A DNA stretch of 64,000 nucleotides from IMG/VR virus record IMGVR_UViG_3300022935_000005, positions 186,001 through 250,000 of that record. The stretch is one strand, 5' to 3'. Every line of letters starts with the position of its first letter. The first letter of the stretch is position 1. The position numbers were made by a program, and so were the translations under genes. Shown one piece after another: positions 1 to 9,258 of this stretch. Below the pieces are notes generated by a model. The model saw only the letters and a program-made list of their open reading frames with translations. It had not been told where the DNA came from and searched no databases.

Positions 1-234
1 TAGAACGATTTATGGACGAATTAGAGTTAATGTTGATAGCTGCTCCTCCCAACGTGGAGAAGGCTCTTTTCTGGATTAGGGAAACTCCGTGGGATGCTTT
101 TAATGGCACGAAAATGCCACACGAGATTTACGGCATTCTTGATCGGGAGATTAGAAATCAACAGAAGGTCTTTACACAGATGACTGAACTCTCTAGAATG
201 ACTAGACTACCTCCAGACGAAGAGTGGAATTGAT

Positions 235-606
235 ATGAGAAATCTCAAGGCGTATCTAAACCGCCGCCGCATAAAAGACTTAAAGAGTTGGGCTTTACAA
301 AACAACATATTCAATGAAGAAGATCTAAACAGCTTCTGTGCAAGTAAAGAGTTGATGGTTGGAAATGCTATCTCTGAGTTCACGTTCTTTAAAGAGTTGT
401 CTAAAGAAGAGAAGCCCAGCAAAGTTAGTCCAACAAACGAAACCACAGAGAACGCTTCTGATGCTAAGAGAACGTCGGAAAGCTGGCATACCCCTGCCGC
501 TCTTCGTCCTTTAAGAAAAGCAACTCCTGAAGTTACTTCTAGCTCTGCTAGAAAGAAGACAAGAAAGCCGAGATCACGTAAGGGAACTGTTAAGGCAGAA
601 GAATGA
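235..606 (+). CDS. hypothetical protein with basic C-terminus
   Basis: 123 aa ORF in a plus-strand run; no recognisable motif. Confidence 0.5.
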   Translation: MRNLKAYLNRRRIKDLKSWALQNNIFNEEDLNSFCASKELMVGNAISEFTFFKELSKEEKPSKVSPTNETTENASDAKRTSESWHTPAALRPLRKATPEVTSSSARKKTRKPRSRKGTVKAEE

Positions 607-778
607 TACCAAAGTCAGCAAAAGGGTGGTTGTTCCTAGCATTGACTTTTGTGAATGCAACTTTAACGACACATTTTTTGCTAGAGTCTTTGGTGACTCA
701 ATCTGTCATCAGCGCGATATCGTGCTTTTTATGCGCGATTGTTTGGTCGACTGAAACAGAAACAAAGAAGGGATAAAA

Positions 779-1444
779 GTGTACAGAAAGCCTTTAACGG
801 TGTTGGAGAATAGACTGACACTAAAAAAGAAGTCGCTACCGTTTCCTCCAACCTCAGAGATGGGTGACCAAGACTGGGCCGAGATCCAAGATCTGCAAGA
901 TACCTTCAACGTCCTAGAAGGGTATGGTCTTGCACTACCACAATTGGGTATTTTAAAGCGCGCCGTTATCGTAAATTTTAACGCATTGGGTTTATCTGAT
1001 ATGCCTGCTGCAGAGGTGATGGTGAATCCTGAGATAGAAGCGTGGGGTGAAGACCAGCGCAACGAGGAAGCATGCTTCTCGGTACCCCATATCTCTGCTT
1101 TTGTTCGCCGACCCATTTCTTGTCGTGTCAAGTATACCAACTTACAGGGAGAGCTTAAAACGATAGAACTAGAGGGTTTTCCCGCTGCTTGTTTACAGCA
1201 TGAGATCGACCACCTTGATGGTACACTATATATCGATAAGTCGGGCCGAGTATACGCTGGGATGTTGTTAAAGAAGTGTCTGAAAGCAGAAAAGAAGCTC
1301 CAGAAAGAAAAAGAAGCTGCGCGTCTGGAGTTCGAGAATGAACATAGGGAGCTTATGGGCTTTACGAAGACTAAAACGACTAGTACTCGAAAGCGCGCCT
1401 CAAAGAAGAGAAAAAAACGTCCAAACCGCTCCAAGAAGAAGTGA
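779..1444 (+). CDS. def: peptide deformylase with long basic C-terminal tail
   Basis: Three PDF motifs: GYGLALPQLG, EEACFSVP, QHEIDHLDG. Confidence 0.92.
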   Translation: MYRKPLTVLENRLTLKKKSLPFPPTSEMGDQDWAEIQDLQDTFNVLEGYGLALPQLGILKRAVIVNFNALGLSDMPAAEVMVNPEIEAWGEDQRNEEACFSVPHISAFVRRPISCRVKYTNLQGELKTIELEGFPAACLQHEIDHLDGTLYIDKSGRVYAGMLLKKCLKAEKKLQKEKEAARLEFENEHRELMGFTKTKTTSTRKRASKKRKKRPNRSKKK

Positions 1445-1753
1445 GTTCTTTCTGTATAATCTTTACTCGCTCTCTACTATTACTAGACTGGAGCTACAAA
1501 TGATTAATCGAATTAAGCTAGAGGAAGGATATATCGTAAGAGTGTCAGAGTTGGGTGAGAGAGGCTTCTTTTATCCTTCCTCTCGCAAGATTAGGATAAC
1601 TTCACGCTGCGTCGGTAACCCGGTCCCGGGCTGGCTCACTCAAGAAGACCTGATACCCATCTCAATACCTTCAAGCTGCGTAGAAGATGACAACAGGTAT
1701 GATGAGAAGCCTTACATGGTCGTGTGGTGCTCTAAATAAGAAAGGATGTAGAT

Positions 1754-2083
1754 TTGGCAAAGCGAAAAAACGTAAGAGTCAGAAAAGTAAACACAACTAA
1801 CTGGGGTCAGCGTGGTGTCTCGATACCTCTAGCAGCGACGATACTAGTTCCATCAGGTCAATGTCCTTTTGTGATAGATGAATACTCAAGAGAAAATGTG
1901 ATCGATTGGATTATTGACCTGACTGAAGAGAAGCATGAAGTAATCACGTACGATAGGAATGTGTACACTTATTGGTTGCGACATTCATTTAGCCCTTTTT
2001 CACAAGACTATAACGACGCTAAAGAGATTGTGGAAGAGATTGTGCCAGACAGAGTTAAGGGAGTAAAAGACTTAATGCTATGA
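1754..2083 (+). CDS. hypothetical protein
   Basis: ORF with upstream AAGGA; coupled to the next ORF by ATGA overlap. Confidence 0.5.
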   Translation: MAKRKNVRVRKVNTTNWGQRGVSIPLAATILVPSGQCPFVIDEYSRENVIDWIIDLTEEKHEVITYDRNVYTYWLRHSFSPFSQDYNDAKEIVEEIVPDRVKGVKDLML

Positions 2084-2422
2084 TTGGGCACTTGTTCAGA
2101 TATAGGCCAAACCAGCAATTAGATCTTTTTCAACACCTCTCTTTACCAGAGCCCTTGCTAGACGAATCAGTTTTGTTTGTTAGTATGCTAGGGCAACATA
2201 CTTGTCTGGTACTTGCTGCTTGCGGTACTTGCGTAGTTCCCGCGGCATACTTAGAGACATGGCAGGTAACCACAAAAAAGGAGATGTTGTAAGACTCAGA
2301 ACGGGTGAGAGTTGTCTCATTACTGAAATCCTCATTCTAAAGGGAATCGGTACTTTTTACGAAGTGTTATTACCAGATGGAGATCAACTTCTTATCGATG
2401 AGTCTGATATTGTTGTGAAATT

Positions 2423-2770
2423 ATGAGTATTAACGCGAATCTTTTTTATTGTTTTATCTGTTTTGTATTACTACAGGTTGGAGCGTGGTTTAGCACGAAC
2501 TTGCAACTTGCGGGACACTCTCAAGTAAAGACTTTGACACTGGCAGTATTATTATCGATACCAACTACTTTGCTGGCTTATTTCGGGACCAAATTTGGAT
2601 ACCAATCTCTTGGAGCCGCGTGGAGCGTCCGGTTTTTCGTTTTTGCAGTGTCTTACCTTGTTTTTCCAGCATTAACTTGGTGGTTCCTTGGAGAGTCAAT
2701 GTTCACCGTTAAAACGATGTCGTGTATTGTTTTATCGATTATCATCATGCTAATTCAAATATATTTGTAA
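2423..2770 (+). CDS. small multi-pass membrane protein (DMT/SMR-like size)
   Basis: About four hydrophobic segments in 115 aa. Confidence 0.5.
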   Translation: MSINANLFYCFICFVLLQVGAWFSTNLQLAGHSQVKTLTLAVLLSIPTTLLAYFGTKFGYQSLGAAWSVRFFVFAVSYLVFPALTWWFLGESMFTVKTMSCIVLSIIIMLIQIYL

Positions 2771-2783
2771 TAAAGGAGGCAAT

Positions 2784-3467
2784 ATGCGCTTTAGAAGAAG
2801 TAACAGGCTAAAATCTTTACCTTTGAAGAGGTACGGGTTGAATGAGCAAGAAGCCGTCGAGCTCGAACAACAGGAGCTATCAGAACAGCAGGCACTTGCT
2901 CTTCTTATGAGCGAAGAAAAGTCTCCAACTACGGGAGTCGATGCAGATGAGAATCATGTATATTTTTACTCTCCCGTGACAGAAAAGTCTTCTCTGGAGC
3001 TGATTAGATTGATTAGACGGCTAGATATAGAGATGAGTTATCTCGCATCCCGGATCGGCTTACCAAAAAACCCGCCGATACACTTATATATTCAAAGTCC
3101 TGGAGGCGACGTCTTTTCCGGTCTTAACATATGCGATGCGATCGATAGATGCAAGACCGATGTATACACCTACATAGAGGGATCTGCCGCCTCAGCGGCC
3201 ACTCTAATTTCCTCTATGGGCAAAAAGAGATTCATGGCCAAGAGGTCATTTATGCTTGTACATCAACCACAGATCTTGTGGCATGGCAAGCATGATGAGT
3301 TTATAGACGAAATTGAGAACCAGAAGCACATCTTTCGAGCAGTCAAAGACATATATCTACAAAAGTGCACTATAGACGAAGAAGAGCTCGAAGAGTTATT
3401 GAAGCATGAACTTTGGCTGCCTGCCGAGAAGTGCTTAGAGCTTGGTTTGGTGGACAAAATCATTTAG
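2784..3467 (+). CDS. clpP: ClpP-family serine protease
   Basis: IHLYIQSPGGDV, GSAASAATLI (catalytic Ser), MLVHQP (His), WLPAEKCLELGLVDKI; AGGAGG RBS. Confidence 0.9.
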   Translation: MRFRRSNRLKSLPLKRYGLNEQEAVELEQQELSEQQALALLMSEEKSPTTGVDADENHVYFYSPVTEKSSLELIRLIRRLDIEMSYLASRIGLPKNPPIHLYIQSPGGDVFSGLNICDAIDRCKTDVYTYIEGSAASAATLISSMGKKRFMAKRSFMLVHQPQILWHGKHDEFIDEIENQKHIFRAVKDIYLQKCTIDEEELEELLKHELWLPAEKCLELGLVDKII

Positions 3468-3485
3468 AATATTCTGCGGTGAGTC

Positions 3486-4040
3486 TTGAATTTATTCGTA
3501 TTAGACACTGATCCTGATGTAGCAGCTTCGTACCATTGTGATAAACACGTGCTAAAGATGATCATCGAAACTGGTCAACTTTTGTGCACTGCTCATTGGG
3601 TTCTTTGGCTTAAGCATCTTGGGAAAAATCGAGATGACTTTCGTCTTTTGCGCGATGTGAATGATTTCCTACTACAGAGTATACCAGTTGACGAACAGCC
3701 ACCCTGGAAAATGACACATGTTAATCACCCTTGTGCGATATGGGTTAGGGAAACTGTGTCGAACTATAGTTGGGCCCTTCGACTAATGAAGGCGCTTCTT
3801 TTACAATACAAAATTCGTTATAAGAAAGCTCATAAATCTCAAGCTGTCTATAGGTGGCTACATCAAAACATTCCACCCGGCATAAAAGACGAGTCTCTTA
3901 CGGACTTCCCGATATGCATGCCTGAAGACTGCAAAGTAAATGAAGATCCAGTTTTGTCATATCAAAAATACTACTTGGAAAAAAAGTCATACATGGCGAA
4001 GTGGAAGACCGGTAAAGTTCCCCCATGGTGGCGGGATTAG
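3486..4040 (+). CDS. pyrimidine-dimer DNA glycosylase / endonuclease V-like protein
   Basis: MNLFVLD..DKHVLKMIIETGQLLCTAH and THVNHPCAIW pattern of this phage family. Confidence 0.75.
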   Translation: MNLFVLDTDPDVAASYHCDKHVLKMIIETGQLLCTAHWVLWLKHLGKNRDDFRLLRDVNDFLLQSIPVDEQPPWKMTHVNHPCAIWVRETVSNYSWALRLMKALLLQYKIRYKKAHKSQAVYRWLHQNIPPGIKDESLTDFPICMPEDCKVNEDPVLSYQKYYLEKKSYMAKWKTGKVPPWWRD

Positions 4041-4182
4041 GAATATTTCTGTGCTATTCCATATTTAATAGGGGAAAAGGTTTAATAATTTGGCTTCTAC
4101 TATACTAAGATCTTATCATGGTTTATACGACACAAGAAGCCCAAAAGAGAACAGCTTACAAAACTTAAGTGAGGAAGAACAT

Positions 4183-5265
4183 ATGTCAAGTAACAACAAA
4201 GATGATCAATACATTAACACACCTCAGGCGGATGACGATTTTGATTTCGTCATGGCATACGATGATGATCCTGCGGAGGGAGATGAAAGGCTCTTGCCTG
4301 AAAACTCTGCACGTTCCGCTATAAGCTGTGGTTTCATCGGAGTCGGGGGCGGAGGTGGAAAGCTTGCTAGCGCCTTTCTTGATGTAGGATTCAATAAGAC
4401 TCTACTAGTTAATACAACAGAGAAAGACCAGCCTGGCGGACTTGATGCAAACCACTTCCTATTAGTACCAGGCGCTGATGGTGTAGGTAAAGATGTCGAG
4501 TTGGGTAAGCAGGTTCTCGGTGAGAATTCAGCCATGGTTGAAGACGCTGTACGAACGCGTATTGGTCAGGTGGATTGGCTTTTCGTACTCGCTGGCGGCG
4601 GCGGAGGTACGGGTTCAGCTTGTCACGAGCTTCATTCTTCTCTATCACGTTATCTCGGGTCGGTAGAAGCTTCTGGCAATGTCGTCTATATAATTTCAAA
4701 GCCGACAGCTCAAGAGCTACTAAATCCAGCTATTAAGAAGAATTACTCTACCCTCATGTCGGATGTTGCCGATCACCCGCATATTGTGATCGACAATGAA
4801 AAACAGCTCCAGCTTCTGCGAGGCAAAGTTGGTATGCTTAATATGTTCCCTGCTGCTAATAAGAACTTTGCTAAGCTCTTTAGTCAAGTTCTCAAGCTTG
4901 CTGACGAGCACACCGAGATCCAGACTTTCGATAGTAAAGACCTAGAGCGTTGTCTAAAAGCTCCTGGTCGAATTGTTATTGGCTCTACGATCATCAAGGA
5001 TGTTAATAGAAATGACCTTGGGTCACTCGTCTATCAAGGATGCTTGCGTTCATCACCTTGCCCGACACCATCTGGTACTGCTACAACGGGTACACTACTT
5101 TTGATCGTCGACGGAAACATGGCTGCAGATCCTGATGTTAGTAGACGACTCGAATCAGCGTTCTCATATGTCGGTGGTAGAGCGGACGTCTTATTCTCGG
5201 GAGTTTATATGAAGGAAGGAATCCCTGGTTTAATTGGTCTAACGATGTTAGGTGGTTTGAAGTAA
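4183..5265 (+). CDS. tubulin/FtsZ-family GTPase (PhuZ-like)
   Basis: IGVGGGGGK, GADGVGKD, signature AGGGGGTGS, IVIDNEK; ATG 4183 follows GAGGAAG RBS. Confidence 0.88.
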   Translation: MSSNNKDDQYINTPQADDDFDFVMAYDDDPAEGDERLLPENSARSAISCGFIGVGGGGGKLASAFLDVGFNKTLLVNTTEKDQPGGLDANHFLLVPGADGVGKDVELGKQVLGENSAMVEDAVRTRIGQVDWLFVLAGGGGGTGSACHELHSSLSRYLGSVEASGNVVYIISKPTAQELLNPAIKKNYSTLMSDVADHPHIVIDNEKQLQLLRGKVGMLNMFPAANKNFAKLFSQVLKLADEHTEIQTFDSKDLERCLKAPGRIVIGSTIIKDVNRNDLGSLVYQGCLRSSPCPTPSGTATTGTLLLIVDGNMAADPDVSRRLESAFSYVGGRADVLFSGVYMKEGIPGLIGLTMLGGLK

Positions 5266-5838
5266 TAGAACTTCTCTAACAAGCTTTCGAAGCCCTGATA
5301 TTTCTTTACTTTCTGTAAGAGATGTCAGGGCTTCCCAATGTTTGGGGCTTATACCCTTCGGTATTCCACCGGCCACGTCCGATATTTGGTCTATCGCATT
5401 TGCGTATTTCTGCTTCTGGCGAGGTGTGGGAGTAGAGCTTAGATTGTGTACCATGTCAGCAAGCTTTACTCTTAGAGCAAGCTGGTTGTTCAATAGCCCA
5501 ACCACATACTCGCTGTAAGGCGCGCCCTTCTCGTGCGTTAACGCTTTCACTGCGTCTATCACAACCTGACCAGCTTGTGGGTCTCGGATCGAACCTCTTA
5601 TAAATTGTTCCATCTCTTCGACACTATCAACAGTCAACCCTGGTGCGTCTTCGATACTATCATGCAAGAGTGCGACCATCTGTGCAGCGTGATCTCTAGG
5701 GTAGAATTTTCTTATTATGTTACGAACTTCTGACGGGTGAGTGAAATAATCTTCGCCTGACCTACGTTTTTGTCCTGTATGTGCCATTCGTGCAGTCGCA
5801 TATACATCTCTGAAGTCATCTCTAGTAAATTGCATCAA
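5248..5838 (-). CDS. HD-domain (p)ppGpp hydrolase-like protein (RelA/SpoT hydrolase, small alarmone hydrolase type)
   Basis: AHTGQKRRSGEDYFTHP, ALLHDSIED, VKLADMVHN; no synthetase domain. Confidence 0.85.
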   Translation of the reverse strand: MMQFTRDDFRDVYATARMAHTGQKRRSGEDYFTHPSEVRNIIRKFYPRDHAAQMVALLHDSIEDAPGLTVDSVEEMEQFIRGSIRDPQAGQVVIDAVKALTHEKGAPYSEYVVGLLNNQLALRVKLADMVHNLSSTPTPRQKQKYANAIDQISDVAGGIPKGISPKHWEALTSLTESKEISGLRKLVREVLLLQTT

Positions 5839-6425
5839 GTTGTCCCTTCGTAGTACCCTTGTACTTGAAACAACTGCTTCTTTATGAAGAGAGCTCCACC
5901 GCTATTACCACTGAAGTCATCGTTCAGCACTATCTCAAGACGTTCGTTATTCGCACCAACAAGTCGTAGTGGGTACCCAGAACGAGAGAACGTCCACCTA
6001 ACCCTAAGGTAGCTATCAACGTTACCATTGCTTGACGGATAAACTTCTGCATCGAAGCACAAGCCGCCCCAGTCTGCATTAGTTTTAATTGGTATACCGT
6101 CGGTGAGTTCTAAGAGCGTTCCAGAATCGTTTTGTATTCTGACTGTTATACCGTTAGTCAGACCGCCGGCGATCCCACCATAAGAGTCTGTATAGAATTC
6201 GTTCTTCCTACCACCTACGAGAACTAACATACGTTCTAGTCTAATAATCTCGCTGGGGCCTGGTTGTATATAGAAGATTTCTGGAGTTACAGAGTAATTG
6301 CCGTTCGCGTTTGATGTCCCTGTACCATCGCCGTCCGTATCTAAATAGCGATATAAGGCAGTTGGGACAGGCCCATACCCGCCTGAGCTCGGTCCGCCAC
6401 CACCGTTAAGATCTGTAAATCCCAT
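5835..6425 (-). CDS. hypothetical, probable virion beta-rich protein
   Basis: Gly/Thr/Asn-rich 196 aa ORF in a minus-strand operon. Confidence 0.45.
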   Translation of the reverse strand: MGFTDLNGGGGPSSGGYGPVPTALYRYLDTDGDGTGTSNANGNYSVTPEIFYIQPGPSEIIRLERMLVLVGGRKNEFYTDSYGGIAGGLTNGITVRIQNDSGTLLELTDGIPIKTNADWGGLCFDAEVYPSSNGNVDSYLRVRWTFSRSGYPLRLVGANNERLEIVLNDDFSGNSGGALFIKKQLFQVQGYYEGTT

Positions 6426-6426
6426 C

Positions 6427-6837
6427 TTAGCCGACTCCTGCTGATCCTGAGTAGTTATTTATTAGCATATTCGATTCGATTCCAGTAAGTCCGGCCACAA
6501 CTGAAGCAGTAACTCCAGTCGTCGAATCGCTGAGCAAGAAAACACTGGAGACCCTAAGTTCTCCCTCAAAGCTTTCTTGATTATTCAAGATGAAGTAGTT
6601 GTTGTTCACGACACCTTTGACACCGTTAGCGGAGAACCCTACTCTTAGCGGTACATTTCCGCTCGAGCCGGCGAGGTTATTCGTTACCATTATGAATCTT
6701 GTGATGTTCGGGAATTCTACTTCTATAGGTTCTTCGCTAGAGGCAGGCACGGCCAGAGATGAAGTAACATACGGCACCGCACTAATGGCGTACGAAGACA
6801 CATCACCAAGTCCTCTTTTCGGCCACGAACTGCTCAA
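6427..6837 (-). CDS. hypothetical, probable virion structural protein
   Basis: Ser/Val/Gly-rich; GAGGAGG RBS on the minus strand at about 6844-6850. Confidence 0.5.
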   Translation of the reverse strand: MSSSWPKRGLGDVSSYAISAVPYVTSSLAVPASSEEPIEVEFPNITRFIMVTNNLAGSSGNVPLRVGFSANGVKGVVNNNYFILNNQESFEGELRVSSVFLLSDSTTGVTASVVAGLTGIESNMLINNYSGSAGVG

Positions 6838-6878
6838 CAGGTACCTCCTCTTACAACACTTTTATTAAATATTCTTTG

Positions 6879-7136
6879 CTACCCATTAATAACAATCAAT
6901 TTTGAGCATTTTGCTGGACCGAAATGACAGCACAAGCCACAAGAGACACAGTACTCACTAATCTCTTCCTCTGTGTTCAAGACTAGTTGCTCTTCCATAG
7001 TACGTAACTTCTTGTTCTCCACATCGATAAAGATACATTTTTCGAAGTGAGAATTAGCGAAGTTCCAAGGGTATTCTATACACGAGATAGGTCTATCTTT
7101 ATAGACGCTACAAACATATTTCAATTTCTTTTCCAT
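6879..7136 (-). CDS. small Cys-cluster protein resembling a permuted YkgJ-type metal-binding domain
   Basis: CSVYKDRPISCIEYP followed by CVSCGLCC; start moved to ATG 7136 because the longer ORF overlaps the tmRNA. Confidence 0.5.
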   Translation of the reverse strand: MEKKLKYVCSVYKDRPISCIEYPWNFANSHFEKCIFIDVENKKLRTMEEQLVLNTEEEISEYCVSCGLCCHFGPAKCSKLIVING

Positions 7137-7169
7137 ACTGCATTCTATATACAGCGGAAAGAAGATAAA

Positions 7170-7509
7170 TGGTGGACCCGTCCGGTACTGCCCCGGAGTC
7201 CAAAACAACATTAGATTAAAGTCATTCACAAGCTTGTCTGGTCATTTCTCCGGCCAGAAGGATATTCACCATAGCTTTTCGCCTCCGTTGTGAAGTGGGA
7301 GGACTGGCGGCTTTTTATTTCTTGGCAGAACCACCTGCTAAAGTCTAAATTGGATAGATGGTTTTAGACAACCACCCGACTAAGCTGCTAGAGCAACGTT
7401 GTCGTAGTGATAATTGTTATTGGCAATTATAATTGTTGAACTTTTAAGGATGTATCTTTCCTGCTTGCACTCAAACCCTCCGTCGCCCTGTCGAAACTAG
7501 TTCGGGCCC
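7170..7509 (-). ncRNA. ssrA: tmRNA (one-piece, about 340 nt), tag ANNNYHYDNVALAA
   Basis: Minus strand begins GGGCCCGAACTAGTTTCGAC and ends GGACTCCGGGGCAGTACCGGACGGGTCCACCA; acceptor stem with G3-U70 pair; tag ORF 7424-7380 ends ALAA-stop. Confidence 0.95.
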
Positions 7510-7594
7510 ATGTTCATTTTAAGTATATTATGTAGAATAAAGTCGTAATACATGAGATATTTAAGATAGCGTGGTATAACAATAGGAGCCGCTT

Positions 7595-8470
7595 TTGAAG
7601 AATTTGCAAGACAAGCTTTTTGAAGCAGTACTTAAACGTCTGGTGTCTTCTCGTCTTGAAGAGTGTATCATCGTCGCCGGCGAGACGCAGGGTAAAAATA
7701 TCTTAGCTAAGTCTCGAGACAGAAACTATCATGCGCGTGTCGAGATAATCAGAGACCTATTAGATGACGGGACAGAAGTCGTTTACTTTGAGGATCTTGA
7801 TACTGGGTACGCTGAAGGTATGAACTCCCACGGCTTGGGAGTGGTGAATGCTGCCCTATCCATCAGCGATGACGAGAATGCAGTGAAAGGTAAAGTGAGA
7901 TCAGACGATGGTCCCAGAATGATTCAAGCCTTAAAGCATTCCAGCATAGACGATGCTGTCAAGTCTCTTGTCGGTTATAAGGGCGGCATTAAAGGTCATA
8001 CTTTCGTAGGGACTCCAGACGCAGTTTACAGTATAGAAATGTCATCCGAACACACGCCTGTCATTAATAAGCTTGACCCAACAACAGGTTTCGACGTTCG
8101 AACCAACCACGGTAAAGATCACCATGGTGCTGGGTACACTCCTGACAGACGCCCAAAAGATTACATGTCTTCTAAGATTAGAAAGGCTCAAGCAGAAGTG
8201 GAGCTAGCTGGAGTCAATGATTTTGATGAAGTCGCTCCTGCTTTAGCGAAGCAACACTTTGATCACGACTCAAATGATAACATGCTTCGTAGAGTACCAG
8301 ACAAAGCCGGGATGGTAACGACGAGTCAAGTGGCGATGCATCTTCCAAAAAGAGAGTTCGTATTCTACTACTTCCCAAACGAATGCGATTTTGAGGGCAT
8401 CGTCGATAAAACACCTGATGATTATGAACCCAAGATCAACGTTCGTGTCGTTCGCCGCGACGAGAAGTAG
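7595..8470 (+). CDS. Ntn-hydrolase (Cys nucleophile, C45/linear amide C-N hydrolase-like) with N-terminal leader
   Basis: CIIVAG..ILAKSRDRNY, EGMNSHGLGVVNAAL, VRTNH. Confidence 0.65.
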   Translation: MKNLQDKLFEAVLKRLVSSRLEECIIVAGETQGKNILAKSRDRNYHARVEIIRDLLDDGTEVVYFEDLDTGYAEGMNSHGLGVVNAALSISDDENAVKGKVRSDDGPRMIQALKHSSIDDAVKSLVGYKGGIKGHTFVGTPDAVYSIEMSSEHTPVINKLDPTTGFDVRTNHGKDHHGAGYTPDRRPKDYMSSKIRKAQAEVELAGVNDFDEVAPALAKQHFDHDSNDNMLRRVPDKAGMVTTSQVAMHLPKREFVFYYFPNECDFEGIVDKTPDDYEPKINVRVVRRDEK

Positions 8471-8514
8471 AAGCGTAAAGTACATCTGGATGATTCTTCT
8501 TATAATACTAAAGG

Positions 8515-9258
8515 ATGGAAAAGAAGATTAAGAAAGTGGTGGCGTTTGATTTTGACGACACCTTGGCCGTTACGAACTCACACGTAGGGATAAGGTCTAA
8601 TTTACTCGAGAATGCTTTCACCATTGCATCTCGTCTCGGATTAGATATCGCCTCCCGAGACGAAGACTGGATCTGGGTTAACTCGACCAACTACGAGACT
8701 TTTCTGTCTTTTTCTAGTGTGTCGATATCTGATTTTGAATATGATTATTCAGAAACAATGGCAGTAGATTTAGATTCAGTGTCCCCAATCCCTTCAATGA
8801 TTATACAGTTGAAGGAATATCTCGCAGATCCCGATTGTTTGGTAATAATCTTGACGGCAAGGGCAGGCTACACTGACGTCTGGAGTCCTGTGAATAAGTG
8901 TGTAATTCCCTCCACAAACAGAGAGGGTATCGCTTCGTTCCTTAATTCACAAGGAATTATCATTCCTGATCACCACATCCATACCGTAGGTGATGTAGCT
9001 GCTGAAGGTGGTCTTACATCAGTGGCTAAGGCGAATGTTTTATCTCATTATGCGATCGCCTACCAACCTGAGGAAATCATATTTTATGATGACAGCGAGA
9101 GAAATATCGCTCGCGCGTCCAAGATACACTTGAGAGAAGGTGTAAATTCCAGGATCACGCTAAACTACGTAAAAGACGGTCATGTCGCACGTTCCGTCCA
9201 GAGCAATAAAGGGTTAAAACAGTGGTTGTACCGCATATTTAAGACTATGCTGGAGTAA
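8515..9258 (+). CDS. HAD-superfamily phosphatase
   Basis: VAFDFDDTL, ILTAR, K, FYDDSERN motifs I-IV. Confidence 0.75.
   Translation: MEKKIKKVVAFDFDDTLAVTNSHVGIRSNLLENAFTIASRLGLDIASRDEDWIWVNSTNYETFLSFSSVSISDFEYDYSETMAVDLDSVSPIPSMIIQLKEYLADPDCLVIILTARAGYTDVWSPVNKCVIPSTNREGIASFLNSQGIIIPDHHIHTVGDVAAEGGLTSVAKANVLSHYAIAYQPEEIIFYDDSERNIARASKIHLREGVNSRITLNYVKDGHVARSVQSNKGLKQWLYRIFKTMLE

Noticed and set aside
709-1434. Long antisense ORFs (709-1434, 32862-33641, 41746-42468 and similar)
   Set aside because: Shadows of well-supported plus-strand genes, with no motifs of their own.
7137-7229. N-terminal extension of ORF 6879-7229
   Set aside because: Overlaps the tmRNA 3' end; ATG 7136 is the more plausible start.
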